Shown piece after piece: positions 14,650-23,957 of a stretch of 26,806 nucleotides of DNA. The stretch lies in the IMG/VR virus record IMGVR_UViG_3300037400_003307, positions 1 through 26,806 of that record; one strand, 5' to 3'. The DNA is from a virus. Position 1 is the first letter of the stretch; each line of letters starts with the position of its first letter. Made by a program: the position numbers and the translations under genes. Below the pieces are notes generated by a model. The model worked only from the letters and a program-made list of their open reading frames with translations. It did not search any database and was not told where the DNA came from.

Positions 14650-16263
14650 TTATTCGTTTTCCCAAATAGCAAGAATATCACTATTTGTTAAATATTCGAT
14701 ATCACTATTAATAGTGTCATTTGTAATTGAAATACCTGTTCCTGCAGAAAGAGTTGGAGGAAGTTGTCCCATTGTAGCTGCATCCATAGCATTTTCTCCA
14801 ACAGCACCTAAAGTAAGCTTTCCAGCTAACCATTCATTACCAGACCAGTCTAATGTGCGGGCATTAGATCTATTATTATCAGAATCTCCATTACCTACTA
14901 CTTCAATATGAGGTCCTCTCGCACTTAAATGAGATGAAGAATATGTAGTTCCATTATCTTCTGCGATATTATACTCACCAAAAACATGTTGAGATCTAAC
15001 ATATGTTACTGTTCCTTGTCCTTCTGTGTGCGAATAATACCCTCCAGATAGTGTCTCGCATCCTTCAGCATGTGAATAATTTCCATTTGCATAGCTTCTA
15101 GAACCTTCTGCATGAGCTCCTATTGCTTGAGCTCTAGTCGCATGTCCTTCAGAATGTGCATAGGCACTAGTAGCCGCTGTTCCATTTCCTTCAGCATGAG
15201 AAGAAATTCCAGAAGCATTAGAACCATCTCCTTGAGCAAAAGCTTTTTGACCTGTAGCTGTAGTATTATAGCCAATTGCCATAGAATTTTTACCCAATTT
15301 ATCAACAGCTCTGTGTTCATCATTGGCGCCAATACTTCTCAAACTACCTTCAGCTGAACCATTAACTAAATTAGTAGCAGTAGAATAACCACTCAAATCA
15401 ATAGCAGTGCTTCCAATAGTCTCCCAAGCTCCATTAATATACATATATTCATCATATATGTTGCTTGAAAGACCAGTGCCAGCTACAAAATAAATTGTAT
15501 TTGAATCTCCAGTAGTAGGAAGTTCTTGAACAATTTCAGTGTTAAAAGAAGTAATATTTCCAACAGCAGCTGCAATTAAAGAATTAACTTCTGTAGTTGT
15601 AGTTGCTCCCACTTCTTGAGCAGTATATGTTGGCTTTTCTGCGGCCTTGGCCCAACTAGGAACAGTGGGATCAGTCTCTGTGAAAGAATCTAATTTAGCA
15701 TTCCAATTACTAATATCTTGTTGTGTAATACCTGCTGCAGGTGCTGTGCTTGCAATTGCACCTACTTCAGAAGCCGTATATTCTGGTTTAGCAGGCTGTT
15801 TCGCCCAATTAGGCACTGTAGGATCTGTTTCAGTAAAAGAAGTCAAATAACCAGCATCATTATTAAATGCACTTACATCAGTAGGCACTGTAGGAATAGT
15901 TGGTTTATCTGAAAGATCAGTATAACTTCCACTTGTAGCCACAGTTGCTAGACTACTAGAGTCAGCCTTGGCCGCAATCACTTCACTTACAGCTCTATTG
16001 TCTTGTTCAGACATAGTTATAGTAGAAGCGTATATATCTACAGCAATGCCTGGATCTCCTTTTGGTCCTTGTGGTCCTCTTGGGCCTTGAGGTCCTCGTT
16101 CTCCTTGATCGCCCTTATCTCCCTTATCACCTTTTGGACCTCTTATAGGATCGGATAAAGTAGCTTCAATCGTAGGAGGAGGTGTAAGAGATGCTTCTAA
16201 TTCAGGGCCATCAAAATCAAGAACAGGATTTTGAAAATCAAGTTCATAAATTTCATTAGCCAT
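14650..16263 (-). CDS. Collagen-like fibre protein with YadA-head-like (SHAEG) repeats
   Basis: Ten G-X-Y triplets, GPKGDKGDKGDQGERGPQGPRGPQGPKGDPG (nt 16048-16140). VSAFNNDAGYLT motif. A 28-aa repeat SFTETDPTVP(N/S)WAK..(A/E)KP.YTA.EVGA occurs twice (15757-15840 and 15604-15687). Serial S.A.G / SHAEG / SHSEG / AHAEG / SHTEG repeats at nt ~15004-15291. Confidence 0.75.
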   Translation of the reverse strand: MANEIYELDFQNPVLDFDGPELEASLTPPPTIEATLSDPIRGPKGDKGDKGDQGERGPQGPRGPQGPKGDPGIAVDIYASTITMSEQDNRAVSEVIAAKADSSSLATVATSGSYTDLSDKPTIPTVPTDVSAFNNDAGYLTSFTETDPTVPNWAKQPAKPEYTASEVGAIASTAPAAGITQQDISNWNAKLDSFTETDPTVPSWAKAAEKPTYTAQEVGATTTTEVNSLIAAAVGNITSFNTEIVQELPTTGDSNTIYFVAGTGLSSNIYDEYMYINGAWETIGSTAIDLSGYSTATNLVNGSAEGSLRSIGANDEHRAVDKLGKNSMAIGYNTTATGQKAFAQGDGSNASGISSHAEGNGTAATSAYAHSEGHATRAQAIGAHAEGSRSYANGNYSHAEGCETLSGGYYSHTEGQGTVTYVRSQHVFGEYNIAEDNGTTYSSSHLSARGPHIEVVGNGDSDNNRSNARTLDWSGNEWLAGKLTLGAVGENAMDAATMGQLPPTLSAGTGISITNDTINSDIEYLTNSDILAIWENE

Positions 16264-16592
16264 TAGTATGTTACCCCTCCCAATACATTGAATTTATAAG
16301 GACCGATAACGGTGTCTACTCTTCCATCAGCAGTATTAATTTGAATATCATAGTAATACTTACCTACTGGAATATCTGTATCTTCACTAGTCAGAACAAT
16401 TGCAGCACCATTACTTTGAAACTCTGTAATTACTTTTTGGATTTTTGGCTCTGGATTTTCTAATTCTGTATTAACAGTAAAATAAACCACATCGCCCTCT
16501 CCCAAAGAGTAATTATCTAACTTAAAACCAAAACCACCAGTATCTTTTGCAACAATACTCATAGCTTTGGTTTCACTATCGTATTTAAGCAT
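16263..16592 (-). CDS. Small Ig-like / beta-sandwich structural protein, putative (decoration or fibre anchor)
   Basis: GKYYYDIQINTADGRVDTVIGPYKFNVLGGVT has an Ig-like pattern. I prefer the ATG at 16592 (AAGGAGG 6 nt upstream) to the track's 16610 start, which overlaps the upstream gene. Confidence 0.4.
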   Translation of the reverse strand: MLKYDSETKAMSIVAKDTGGFGFKLDNYSLGEGDVVYFTVNTELENPEPKIQKVITEFQSNGAAIVLTSEDTDIPVGKYYYDIQINTADGRVDTVIGPYKFNVLGGVTY

Positions 16593-16602
16593 AATTACCT
16601 CC

Positions 16603-16905
16603 TTATTCATTTACTTCCATAAGGACGGAAAAATATTCATTACCATTTTTAACTTGTCTCATGACTTTAAACATTTTGCCAGAATAGATATATCTAGCAT
16701 AAATATATTCATCAAGTTTTACGCTGGTAACAACGTGTAATAACATTTGTTCTTTAACTCCATATTGAGTTAAATCTTTAAATGTTGTATTGATTGAAAC
16801 ATGAGCTACTATCTGCTCTTTAAGCTCTGTAGAAACAGAATTGCCGCCCATCTCATCTTCGATAGGGGTTACTATGACCCTTTGTAATGTGTCTCTTTTG
16901 ATCAT
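16603..16905 (-). CDS. Head closure / head-tail adaptor protein, putative
   Basis: 100 aa following the connector gene with an ATGA overlap. ...YIYSGKMFKVMRQVKNGNEYFSVLMEV fits the adaptor-family C-terminus. Confidence 0.5.
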   Translation of the reverse strand: MIKRDTLQRVIVTPIEDEMGGNSVSTELKEQIVAHVSINTTFKDLTQYGVKEQMLLHVVTSVKLDEYIYARYIYSGKMFKVMRQVKNGNEYFSVLMEVNE

Positions 16906-17195
16906 AGCATTTTCACCTTTCTGTGTTTGTTCAATAACTTTACTACCTTTGCGCTGTAAAAATCTGTATAAGAAGCTGATACACCAGATGTGCTTTGACT
17001 AACAGCTCCTTCGCTTCCCATTCTGTTATATCTCTCAATAACCATTTGAATTACAACAAAATCAAGCTTGTCGGAGTATTCTTCTAAATTACAATAGGTA
17101 TAAGCTTCTTCTTTGCACAAAGCAATTAACATCACAAGGAGTTCGTCGCTATCATCATTTGTTAGATTAAGCAACATTTTAATTTTTTCTAACAT
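16902..17195 (-). CDS. gp6-like head-tail connector protein
   Basis: MLEKIKMLLNLTNDDSDELLVMLIALCKEEAYTYCN is the classic N-terminal pattern of Phage_connect_1 proteins. It is the first gene after the capsid gene. Confidence 0.6.
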   Translation of the reverse strand: MLEKIKMLLNLTNDDSDELLVMLIALCKEEAYTYCNLEEYSDKLDFVVIQMVIERYNRMGSEGAVSQSTSGVSASYTDFYSAKVVKLLNKHRKVKML

Positions 17196-17212
17196 TAAGA
17201 ATCCTCCTTAAC

Positions 17213-17255
17213 AAAAAAAAGGGCTTAACTTGCCCATATAGACAAGCAAGCCCCC
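17213..17255 (-). terminator. Rho-independent terminator/attenuator downstream of the major capsid gene
   Basis: Minus-strand RNA GGGCTT-g-CTTG tctatatggg CAAG-tt-AAGCCC followed by T8. It sits between the capsid stop (17281) and the next RBS (17203-17209). Confidence 0.7.
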
Positions 17256-17280
17256 TTGAAATATGTCTCTAAAACTTAAA

Positions 17281-18228
17281 TTAAGCCTTTGTGTAATAAG
17301 TCTTATCAGCATCAACAGTAGTATCAGCAGATAATACATAAATACCATTTACGAATTCAAACCATCCAGAAGTCTTTGGATTAGATGCAGAATAACCTAC
17401 ACCTTCAGGATCAACTTCTGTATAAGGATTTTCAGTAGAAACAAGCTTCATAGCTTTATCAGCATTTGTTAAAGCAATAACCTTAACATTTCTTCCATAA
17501 ATAGTGTTCTTTCTCTTATTAGCGTCTCTTTCCTGTTCGATTTCAACGCCCTTCTTAACGAAGCAAGTAACAGCTTCGCTTGTAGCAAGATAAGCTGTTC
17601 CAGAAGCAACCGCATCAGTAGGGAAGAGCGGAACACCTGCAATAGCACCAATAGCACCAGTTCTTACGAAGTCTTCTGTATAAGAAAGAAGATTCTTAAG
17701 AGCTTTCTGATATTTAGCTACGTCCTTACGAGCGATAAGTAAGAAAAGACCTTCATTTCTTTCTTTTGGAAGTGCGGAAATAGCTTCAACAATTCCATCG
17801 AAGTCAAACGCAAATCCAAACTGAACTCTTGGAGCCTTATCAAATTCTGCAACAACTTTAGTTGTAATATCATTTGTAAGCTGCTCACTTAAATGCTCAA
17901 TAGCCTTATCAACTGCTGTTGGGTCATTCATTTGCTGTTCGTCGAAGTAAGGAACTCTACCTTGAGTTGTAGTTACTTCATACTCTTCAGTTGTGTAGAA
18001 AGCACCGATATCGCCAGTGTTACCTTCGCCCATATCAAGATCTTCTACATCTCCAGAACCATGGTAAGTATGAATTTCAATCTTCATACCAGGCTGTGCT
18101 GAAAGAGAATAATCAGTTGTAATGAACTGATTCATATCGAGAGCAGTAATAAGTTGCTCTTCAAGTTTTTCCTCTAAAATCTTGTTATCAAAAACAAGAA
18201 GAGTTGCTGTATCATATTTACTAGCCAT
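17281..18228 (-). CDS. Major capsid protein (HK97 fold, probably N4-gp56/DUF4355-partnered type)
   Basis: 315 aa immediately after a DUF4355-like scaffold gene and followed by a terminator. AAGGAGG RBS. Called on position, size and composition. Confidence 0.7.
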   Translation of the reverse strand: MASKYDTATLLVFDNKILEEKLEEQLITALDMNQFITTDYSLSAQPGMKIEIHTYHGSGDVEDLDMGEGNTGDIGAFYTTEEYEVTTTQGRVPYFDEQQMNDPTAVDKAIEHLSEQLTNDITTKVVAEFDKAPRVQFGFAFDFDGIVEAISALPKERNEGLFLLIARKDVAKYQKALKNLLSYTEDFVRTGAIGAIAGVPLFPTDAVASGTAYLATSEAVTCFVKKGVEIEQERDANKRKNTIYGRNVKVIALTNADKAMKLVSTENPYTEVDPEGVGYSASNPKTSGWFEFVNGIYVLSADTTVDADKTYYTKA

Positions 18229-18242
18229 TTTTAATAGCCTCC

Positions 18243-18824
18243 TTATTTTGTTCTTAATTGATTATATAATTCAGGATTAGACTGCTGTAATGAGGCTCTT
18301 TGCGCAATACTTAATTTCTTAAAATCATCTTGTGTCATACCTTTCTGTTGAACCATTCCTGTCTTTGGAGATGGCGCAGAAATTTTTCTTGAAACCTCAT
18401 CCGCTACCGCAGCTTTAAACATCTTTTCAAATGTTGTAATATTCTCCATCATAGTCTCTGCATCGTCAGCCACAATATAATCAACGAATTCTACAGGGAT
18501 TTCTCTTTTAGCCATAATTTTTGTGGCTTCCAGCTTATTTTGAGCTATGGTGAATTCTCTTTCTCTTTGCTCTAATTCTTGGAGTCTTTGATTATATTCA
18601 TAATCTTTTCTTTGACTTTCATCCATAGACTTTAATTTTTCAGCCTCGGCCATCTTGTTTTCAAATTCTTTCTGTTGTTTCTTTAATGCTTGAGAAACTC
18701 TCCTATCAGCTTCTGACTGTAATAAAGCCTGGACTTCTGATTCGGTATAAGTTTTCTCGGTATCAACCGCCCCTAACTCTTGAGTTGCAGTTTCTTGAAC
18801 AGAACCCTTAACTTCTTCTGCCAT
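18243..18824 (-). CDS. Capsid scaffolding protein (DUF4355-like)
   Basis: 193 aa, highly charged coiled-coil (EADRRVSQALKKQQKEFENKMAEAEKLK...), directly upstream of the capsid gene. Confidence 0.65.
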   Translation of the reverse strand: MAEEVKGSVQETATQELGAVDTEKTYTESEVQALLQSEADRRVSQALKKQQKEFENKMAEAEKLKSMDESQRKDYEYNQRLQELEQREREFTIAQNKLEATKIMAKREIPVEFVDYIVADDAETMMENITTFEKMFKAAVADEVSRKISAPSPKTGMVQQKGMTQDDFKKLSIAQRASLQQSNPELYNQLRTK

Positions 18825-18921
18825 ATTATTTTCCTCCTAAAATTAATAAGATGCCCTCAAATGAGTTCATCCCTTCTACTAAATTGGAAAATAATAAGAG
18901 CAAAATAAATCGTTTTTGCCC

Positions 18922-19809
18922 TTAATCATTTACCATTTCTAATTCTACTTCTACTTCAATTTCTTCATCTGCCACTTCTTCATAAGCTATATAGCTACAA
19001 GCACAATTTGGATGATATGGTGGAAGTTCATCTCCTAATTCTGCATCTCTTAAAGGGATTACCTCTCCAACATAATCAGTGCAAATTTGCCCACAAGCAG
19101 CATCACCAACAATTTCAATATATACAATTCCCATATTTAAATATGCGGCTTTGGTTGCCTGCGACCACATGGCAACTGTTTCGGTCTTTATTAATCTAGC
19201 CGCATCATAAGCCAAAGAACCAGTAAGTTTTCTCCAAGCTTGCACCATCCAATCATACCCTTTACCTTCTTTAATTCCTTTTTCTAAAACAAAGTTAAGT
19301 TTAGACTGAAATTGAGCAACGTGCCCATATAATCTTTGACTGTATAACTTACCATCTTGACACCAAGGAATTGGTAAAATATTGCTAGTAAAATAAGTAT
19401 CTGTAATTTTTACAGGCACTTCTTTTCTTAATATTTGAGCTTGGGGGATATATGGTTCAAATAATTGATAAGTTCTAGTCATTGAATTTGTATAAGTTCT
19501 TTGCATAGAACTACCAATTAATGAAGTCATAGCTATCATTATTGTTCCAGCTAAAACTCCCCACAACTCATTCTCTTGTTTTAAGATTTCTTGATAAACT
19601 CTAGGATGATCTCTCAAATTAGTTGGTTCACCCAAAATCAATTCTTCATCTTCTTCGAATTCATCAAATAATTCTTCAAAATCATCAACAAGTTCCTCGA
19701 AAAAATCATATAGAAGATTGTCAATTATGACCTGATCCTCATAAGCATCTTCCAAAAGAGAAAGAAGCATTTCTGCGGTTGGGTCTTCTAATTCTCGGAA
19801 CCTATTCAT
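18922..19809 (-). CDS. Minor head protein, SPP1 gp7 / Mu F family
   Basis: C-terminal ELPPYHPNCACS is the hallmark (PP.HPNC.C) of the family. It lies downstream of the portal gene. Confidence 0.75.
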   Translation of the reverse strand: MNRFRELEDPTAEMLLSLLEDAYEDQVIIDNLLYDFFEELVDDFEELFDEFEEDEELILGEPTNLRDHPRVYQEILKQENELWGVLAGTIMIAMTSLIGSSMQRTYTNSMTRTYQLFEPYIPQAQILRKEVPVKITDTYFTSNILPIPWCQDGKLYSQRLYGHVAQFQSKLNFVLEKGIKEGKGYDWMVQAWRKLTGSLAYDAARLIKTETVAMWSQATKAAYLNMGIVYIEIVGDAACGQICTDYVGEVIPLRDAELGDELPPYHPNCACSYIAYEEVADEEIEVEVELEMVND

Positions 19810-19820
19810 AATACCTCCAT

Positions 19821-19849
19821 AAAAAAAGAGCCTATATACAAATAGGCCC
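19821..19849 (-). terminator. Weak intrinsic terminator/attenuator upstream of the MuF-like gene
   Basis: Minus-strand GGCCTAT ttgtat ATAGGCT (7 bp including one G-U pair) followed by C and T7. Confidence 0.35.
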
Positions 19850-19890
19850 TTAAGTGTATATAAAATAGCTGCATTAGCTATCCGATCTAA

Positions 19891-20133
19891 TTAATCCCAC
19901 AAAAGTGGTGGAGTCGAATTAACATCAGCTCCCTCAAAAATGTTATTTCGAACTTCCTCTGCCAACGAACTAGCTGCAATATCAGATTGGTCTAAATTAT
20001 TTGTAACCCATTCTAAACCACGATACATTCCTAAACAAAACCACATCATATTATCGTCTTGTTTTGCTCCAAAATATTTTGCTGCTTGAGTAGCTAATTC
20101 TTGGTTTTTAATAATTTGTGCTTTTCTTTTCAT
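19891..20133 (-). CDS. Hypothetical protein (80 aa)
   Basis: ORF between the portal and MuF-like genes. Weak RBS (AAAGGA). No motif recognised. Confidence 0.45.
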   Translation of the reverse strand: MKRKAQIIKNQELATQAAKYFGAKQDDNMMWFCLGMYRGLEWVTNNLDQSDIAASSLAEEVRNNIFEGADVNSTPPLLWD

Positions 20134-20187
20134 TACTCATCCTTTCTTCCCTTCCCAACAATATTATACAAAAAAATTTTTTGTAAA

Positions 20188-21573
20188 TCAATTTTTGGTA
20201 TTTTCCTGGTCTTCCTCTTCTTCAGCCTTTTCCATAGCTTTAGTTTTATAACCATTAGGATCCGCTTGGAAGAAAGGAGAAAGTTCTTTATCTTCTTCTT
20301 TTTGCTTTTTAACTTTATCTAATTCTGATTCAACGTCTTCTACAAACGGAATTTGAGCTAATAAAGTTTCATCAGATACAAGTCCTTCTAAAGATTTAAC
20401 CATACTAGCAATATCTAAAATATTTGATGGGATATTTCTAGTGAAGATAATATCAATATCTCTCCAATCAAAACTCCCTCCCAAAAGAGAAGTAATTTGA
20501 GATATTAATTCAAATCTTTGCTGAAGTCCTTTCTTAAATTTTCTTTCTTTAATAGAAACTAAATTTTCAGTTCCTAAAAGTTTAAATTTAATAGCAACTC
20601 CAGAAGCATTAGAAGAAAATTCTTTATCGGCTAGATTAGGACATTTCGCAAATTTATGAATATCTGCGTCTAATCTAACTTTCATATTTTCAACAGTGGA
20701 ATCATCGGTCTGCTTAACGAGCCATTCCGCACTCGTCCCTTCATCCATTAAAAGAACTCTTTTCTCTTTCATTTCTCTAATATCTTCAGCATCTGCGGTA
20801 AAGCCATAAAGAGCTAAATAGCAGTCTGTAAAATATTCAAAATCATTAAGAGAATTGGATTCCATTTTATCATAAGCATCAATTAAACTAATAACCTTCT
20901 CGAAGTCTCCTGTTTGATCCTCATTGTTTTCATAAATGGCTACTGGAACCATATTGAAATAATGAGGATATTCTTCCAGAAGAACAAAAGAAGTCATTCC
21001 AGCTAAATTGTTACCTGCCATATATCTGCGGACAGACTTGGCATCTATAATCTCAATAATAGTATAATCCTTATCTTCGAAGTAGTTATAATCATCATAA
21101 TATCTAATAACAGCAATTAAATTTTCTTCAATTGTTTTATCATAGATAGGAATTACTTCTTGAGGATTAAGTCTCTTAAACCTTAATTGGTTTTCACTTA
21201 TATACAATTGCTCAAAAGCTACTCCATATATTGAAGCATCTTTTGCCAATTCAGAATTTTCATCAGCTTCATCATTATATTCAAAAATCATATTTAAACT
21301 ATCTAACAAAGTCTTATCCTGGCAATTATAAGTAATTGGTTCCCCAATAAAATAACCAACCAATGTGTCAGTAATATAACTGGCATAAGAATTAGCTATT
21401 TTATTATTAGGTTTGGTAGGATCGTTCATAACACGGTTTTTAATATCATTCTCTGTTCGATAATACCTTTCCAATTTCTGTAATCGAGGTAAGACTGTCA
21501 TTCTATGATTATTAACAATTCGTTTAATGACGCTTTCAGTAAGTTCTTCAACGCTATTGAGCGTAATCATCAT
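20188..21573 (-). CDS. Portal protein (SPP1 gp6-like)
   Basis: 461 aa immediately after TerL. ...NNKIANSYASYITDTLVGYFIGEPITY... matches the SPP1-family portal N-terminal motif. Acidic C-terminus. Confidence 0.8.
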   Translation of the reverse strand: MMITLNSVEELTESVIKRIVNNHRMTVLPRLQKLERYYRTENDIKNRVMNDPTKPNNKIANSYASYITDTLVGYFIGEPITYNCQDKTLLDSLNMIFEYNDEADENSELAKDASIYGVAFEQLYISENQLRFKRLNPQEVIPIYDKTIEENLIAVIRYYDDYNYFEDKDYTIIEIIDAKSVRRYMAGNNLAGMTSFVLLEEYPHYFNMVPVAIYENNEDQTGDFEKVISLIDAYDKMESNSLNDFEYFTDCYLALYGFTADAEDIREMKEKRVLLMDEGTSAEWLVKQTDDSTVENMKVRLDADIHKFAKCPNLADKEFSSNASGVAIKFKLLGTENLVSIKERKFKKGLQQRFELISQITSLLGGSFDWRDIDIIFTRNIPSNILDIASMVKSLEGLVSDETLLAQIPFVEDVESELDKVKKQKEEDKELSPFFQADPNGYKTKAMEKAEEEEDQENTKN

Positions 21574-21584
21574 TAACCTCCTTA

Positions 21585-22826
21585 TTAGAACAATAAATCT
21601 TTATCCATTGATTTCAGTTGTATTCTTGCATCAAGACATTGAAGTGAATATCTCAAAGCATCAAGATAATGGTTAAATTCATCTATAGGCTCATTAATAT
21701 ATTCATTAGTATTCTTATCTTTTTTCCAGGAGTAGTTCTCAAGTTCTTCTTTCAAACATCTGCAACTAGGATGCACAATAAGTTCATATTGTTGCACCTT
21801 TTGGATACCTTGCAAAATAGAACCTTTTCCTTTTGCACAAGGGCGAATGCGGTCAATGCCCGATCTTTTGATCTCGTCTATAGATTTCTGTTCAGCGGAA
21901 TCTGCCATAATAATACTTTTTGCAAAACCCATTTCTCTAATTCGATCTGCAATCGCATCATTTAAATAACCAGTGCCGCCCCACTCTCTACAGATGTAAA
22001 TCCTTTGTTCTTCTGGAACCATCACAGAATAAACAAAAGCAGTTGGGTCATTAGTGTATCCGAAGTCCAGCCCGCACATAGATTGACCTTTAATATTACT
22101 TGGATCAAAATCCATAACTTGCCAATTGTTATAAACTAACTTATCAAGAGAACCAAACTCTCCAAGAGCATAAATCTTGTAATAAACAGGATTAGTCTTT
22201 TTCATTTGGAGTAAAGACTCAATATACTCTTCAGGTAAGAATCTGTTATCCTGATAATTAGTATGAACAATCTTCACTGACTTCCTAAAATCCAGAAGGT
22301 CAGGATTATCTTGGAAGAATTGTAAGTAACACCAATTCGCTTTTGAAACTGGGTTAAAAGAAAGAACTATCTGTTGGTTTGCGGCCTTTGGGTCTCGGAT
22401 TCTTAAGTTCACCTGTGAAAAATCATCTAAAGTAAACTCGGTAGCCTCCTCAAGCCAAGCATCAGTCAAACCAGTAATAGACTTAATCTTCTCTGGGTCA
22501 TCCAAACCCATACAAAGAAATTGACTTCCATTAGGCAAAGTAATAGTAAAATCAGTTCTATTAATCCTGCAGTGGTTAATAATACCAAACTGAATTAAAG
22601 TATCCAGAAGCAGTTGAAATGTAGATGCTTTAGTAGTTCTATTAACTTTCCTTAACACTAATATTTTTCTCTTGTCTTTTAATGCTTTATACACTAATCT
22701 TTGGGCAATAAAAAAACTCTTTCCAGAGCCAGCCCCACCATAAAAAACAATTATTCTAGTGCTATAATCTTCTAGGTATGGTAGATAGCACTCATTAAAT
22801 ATGTTTTTATGAATATTTAATCTCAT
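21585..22826 (-). CDS. terL: Terminase large subunit (PBSX/XtmB, Terminase_3-like)
   Basis: Walker A in FYGGAGSGKSFF. 413 aa. Its ATG overlaps the upstream stop (ATGA) and the portal gene follows. Confidence 0.85.
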   Translation of the reverse strand: MRLNIHKNIFNECYLPYLEDYSTRIIVFYGGAGSGKSFFIAQRLVYKALKDKRKILVLRKVNRTTKASTFQLLLDTLIQFGIINHCRINRTDFTITLPNGSQFLCMGLDDPEKIKSITGLTDAWLEEATEFTLDDFSQVNLRIRDPKAANQQIVLSFNPVSKANWCYLQFFQDNPDLLDFRKSVKIVHTNYQDNRFLPEEYIESLLQMKKTNPVYYKIYALGEFGSLDKLVYNNWQVMDFDPSNIKGQSMCGLDFGYTNDPTAFVYSVMVPEEQRIYICREWGGTGYLNDAIADRIREMGFAKSIIMADSAEQKSIDEIKRSGIDRIRPCAKGKGSILQGIQKVQQYELIVHPSCRCLKEELENYSWKKDKNTNEYINEPIDEFNHYLDALRYSLQCLDARIQLKSMDKDLLF

Positions 22827-23050
22827 AGGAACAATACATTACCGTGTTGCACCAAGAGAGCACGAAGTAAAAATGCGGTTCGGAGGTCAATATCTCTTCC
22901 AAGAGCAAAGGCCTCTTTGACTTCTTCTTCGTTGTCTGGGTCTACTTGATAATCAATACTTCTTAATTCCATAAGGCATTTAGAAAATTCATTACCAGCT
23001 TCACCAGCTTTCTTATAAGCTTCTTCTATTTGTTTTTTAATCTCTTCCAT
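22823..23050 (-). CDS. Hypothetical protein (75 aa) between terS and terL
   Basis: ORF coupled to terL by an ATGA overlap. No motif recognised. Confidence 0.45.
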   Translation of the reverse strand: MEEIKKQIEEAYKKAGEAGNEFSKCLMELRSIDYQVDPDNEEEVKEAFALGRDIDLRTAFLLRALLVQHGNVLFL

Positions 23051-23060
23051 AAATAACTCT

Positions 23061-23426
23061 TTAGTCCTCCACTAATTGAACTTCAATCGTATCTTTATTT
23101 TCTGTCTTAACAGTTTGTAAAGATAAGTTGCGCGAAAGCAGGTCCAGAGCTTTTATCTTCGAGTTCAAAGGAAGGTTTTCACCAGGTTCTCCGAACGCAA
23201 TTTTCGCAATTTCTTCCATAACTCGCATAGCATCAATATTAAGAGCTTCATAAGTTTCTTGTCTTCTTTGCTCTATGTATTCTTTGATGTCTGGCCTGCG
23301 AAGCAAATCATAACAGTATGTAGGATCTTTAGTCTTATTAGAACCATAAACAGTAAAATAAGCCTGTCTCGCATTCATACCATTACTCAAATAAGTATCA
23401 GCAAAGAGTTGGTGTTTTTTAGTCAT
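23061..23426 (-). CDS. terS: Terminase small subunit (Terminase_2 / P27-like)
   Basis: LFADTYLSNGMNARQAYFTVYGSNKTKDPTYCYDLLRRPDIKEYI matches the N-terminal HTH pattern of P27-family TerS. AAGGAGGG RBS. Confidence 0.75.
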   Translation of the reverse strand: MTKKHQLFADTYLSNGMNARQAYFTVYGSNKTKDPTYCYDLLRRPDIKEYIEQRRQETYEALNIDAMRVMEEIAKIAFGEPGENLPLNSKIKALDLLSRNLSLQTVKTENKDTIEVQLVED

Positions 23427-23487
23427 AGCTCAACCCTCCTTTGTTAATACTGGTCTCCATTTAGTAATAAAAAAAAATCCTGCGAAA

Positions 23488-23937
23488 TTATTTAGAATCG
23501 GCCATAATCTCATCTAAAGTAATTGTTTTTGCAGTTCTTTGTATCTTATATCCTTTATAATTCTCTTCTTTTGGTATTTGATAGTTTAAAGGCGGCATAT
23601 ATTTCCTTATTAACTCTCCTTCTTTAATACCAATTTCTTCTTGAATCTTTTCTTCATCTATCTCTTTAGCTTTATATAATAAGTCAAACTCAACAATCAT
23701 TTTTCTTCCAACAGCCTCTCTTATTACATCATACTTGTGTGAGTGATACTCTCTTATTGATTGATCTGTTAAGTTCATTATATGAAAAGCAATTCTTGTT
23801 TTAACATCATTAGACTTACCTATATAAACCATTTTCCCTCCAATAGAGATAGAATATATTCCTGCACAGTTATATTTGCCAGGAGCTAAAGCTTCTATAG
23901 CATCTATCTGTGCTTGATAAACTTTTTGATTATACAT
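23488..23937 (-). CDS. GIY-YIG nuclease (free-standing homing-endonuclease-like)
   Basis: GIYSISIGGKMVYIGKSNDVKTRIAFH supplies the GIY and YIG motifs plus the conserved Arg. GELIRKYMPPLN supplies the conserved Glu and Asn. Confidence 0.75.
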   Translation of the reverse strand: MYNQKVYQAQIDAIEALAPGKYNCAGIYSISIGGKMVYIGKSNDVKTRIAFHIMNLTDQSIREYHSHKYDVIREAVGRKMIVEFDLLYKAKEIDEEKIQEEIGIKEGELIRKYMPPLNYQIPKEENYKGYKIQRTAKTITLDEIMADSK

Positions 23938-23957
23938 TCTTTCTCCTTTTGGTTGCG

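Noticed and set aside
1728-16263. Diversity-generating retroelement, shufflon or phase-variable cassette acting on the repeat-rich adhesin and fibre genes
   Set aside because: No reverse transcriptase or invertase gene is present; the only recombinase is the attP-adjacent integrase. By eye the protein repeats are too diverged at the DNA level to be template/variable repeat pairs or inversion sites. A DNA self dot-plot would confirm this.
16593-16610. ATG at 16610 as the start of the 115-aa ORF
   Set aside because: It overlaps the upstream gene and lacks an RBS. The ATG at 16592 has AAGGAGG 6 nt upstream, just after the upstream stop codon.
12207-23447. Other embedded ORFs: 12207-12431, 12733-12948, 13511-13735, 13747-13968, 14714-14911, 15112-15357, 15120-15332, 15647-15850, 15718-15912, 17469-17657, 17893-18102, 19008-19199, 20101-20322, 21669-21965, 23259-23447, 23914-24117, 25992-26222
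   Set aside because: All overlap confidently called structural, packaging or integrase genes in another frame or strand. They lack Shine-Dalgarno sites and have shadow-ORF composition. The repeated MAQLGTVGSVSVKE in 15647-15850 is simply the antisense of the fibre's 28-aa repeat.
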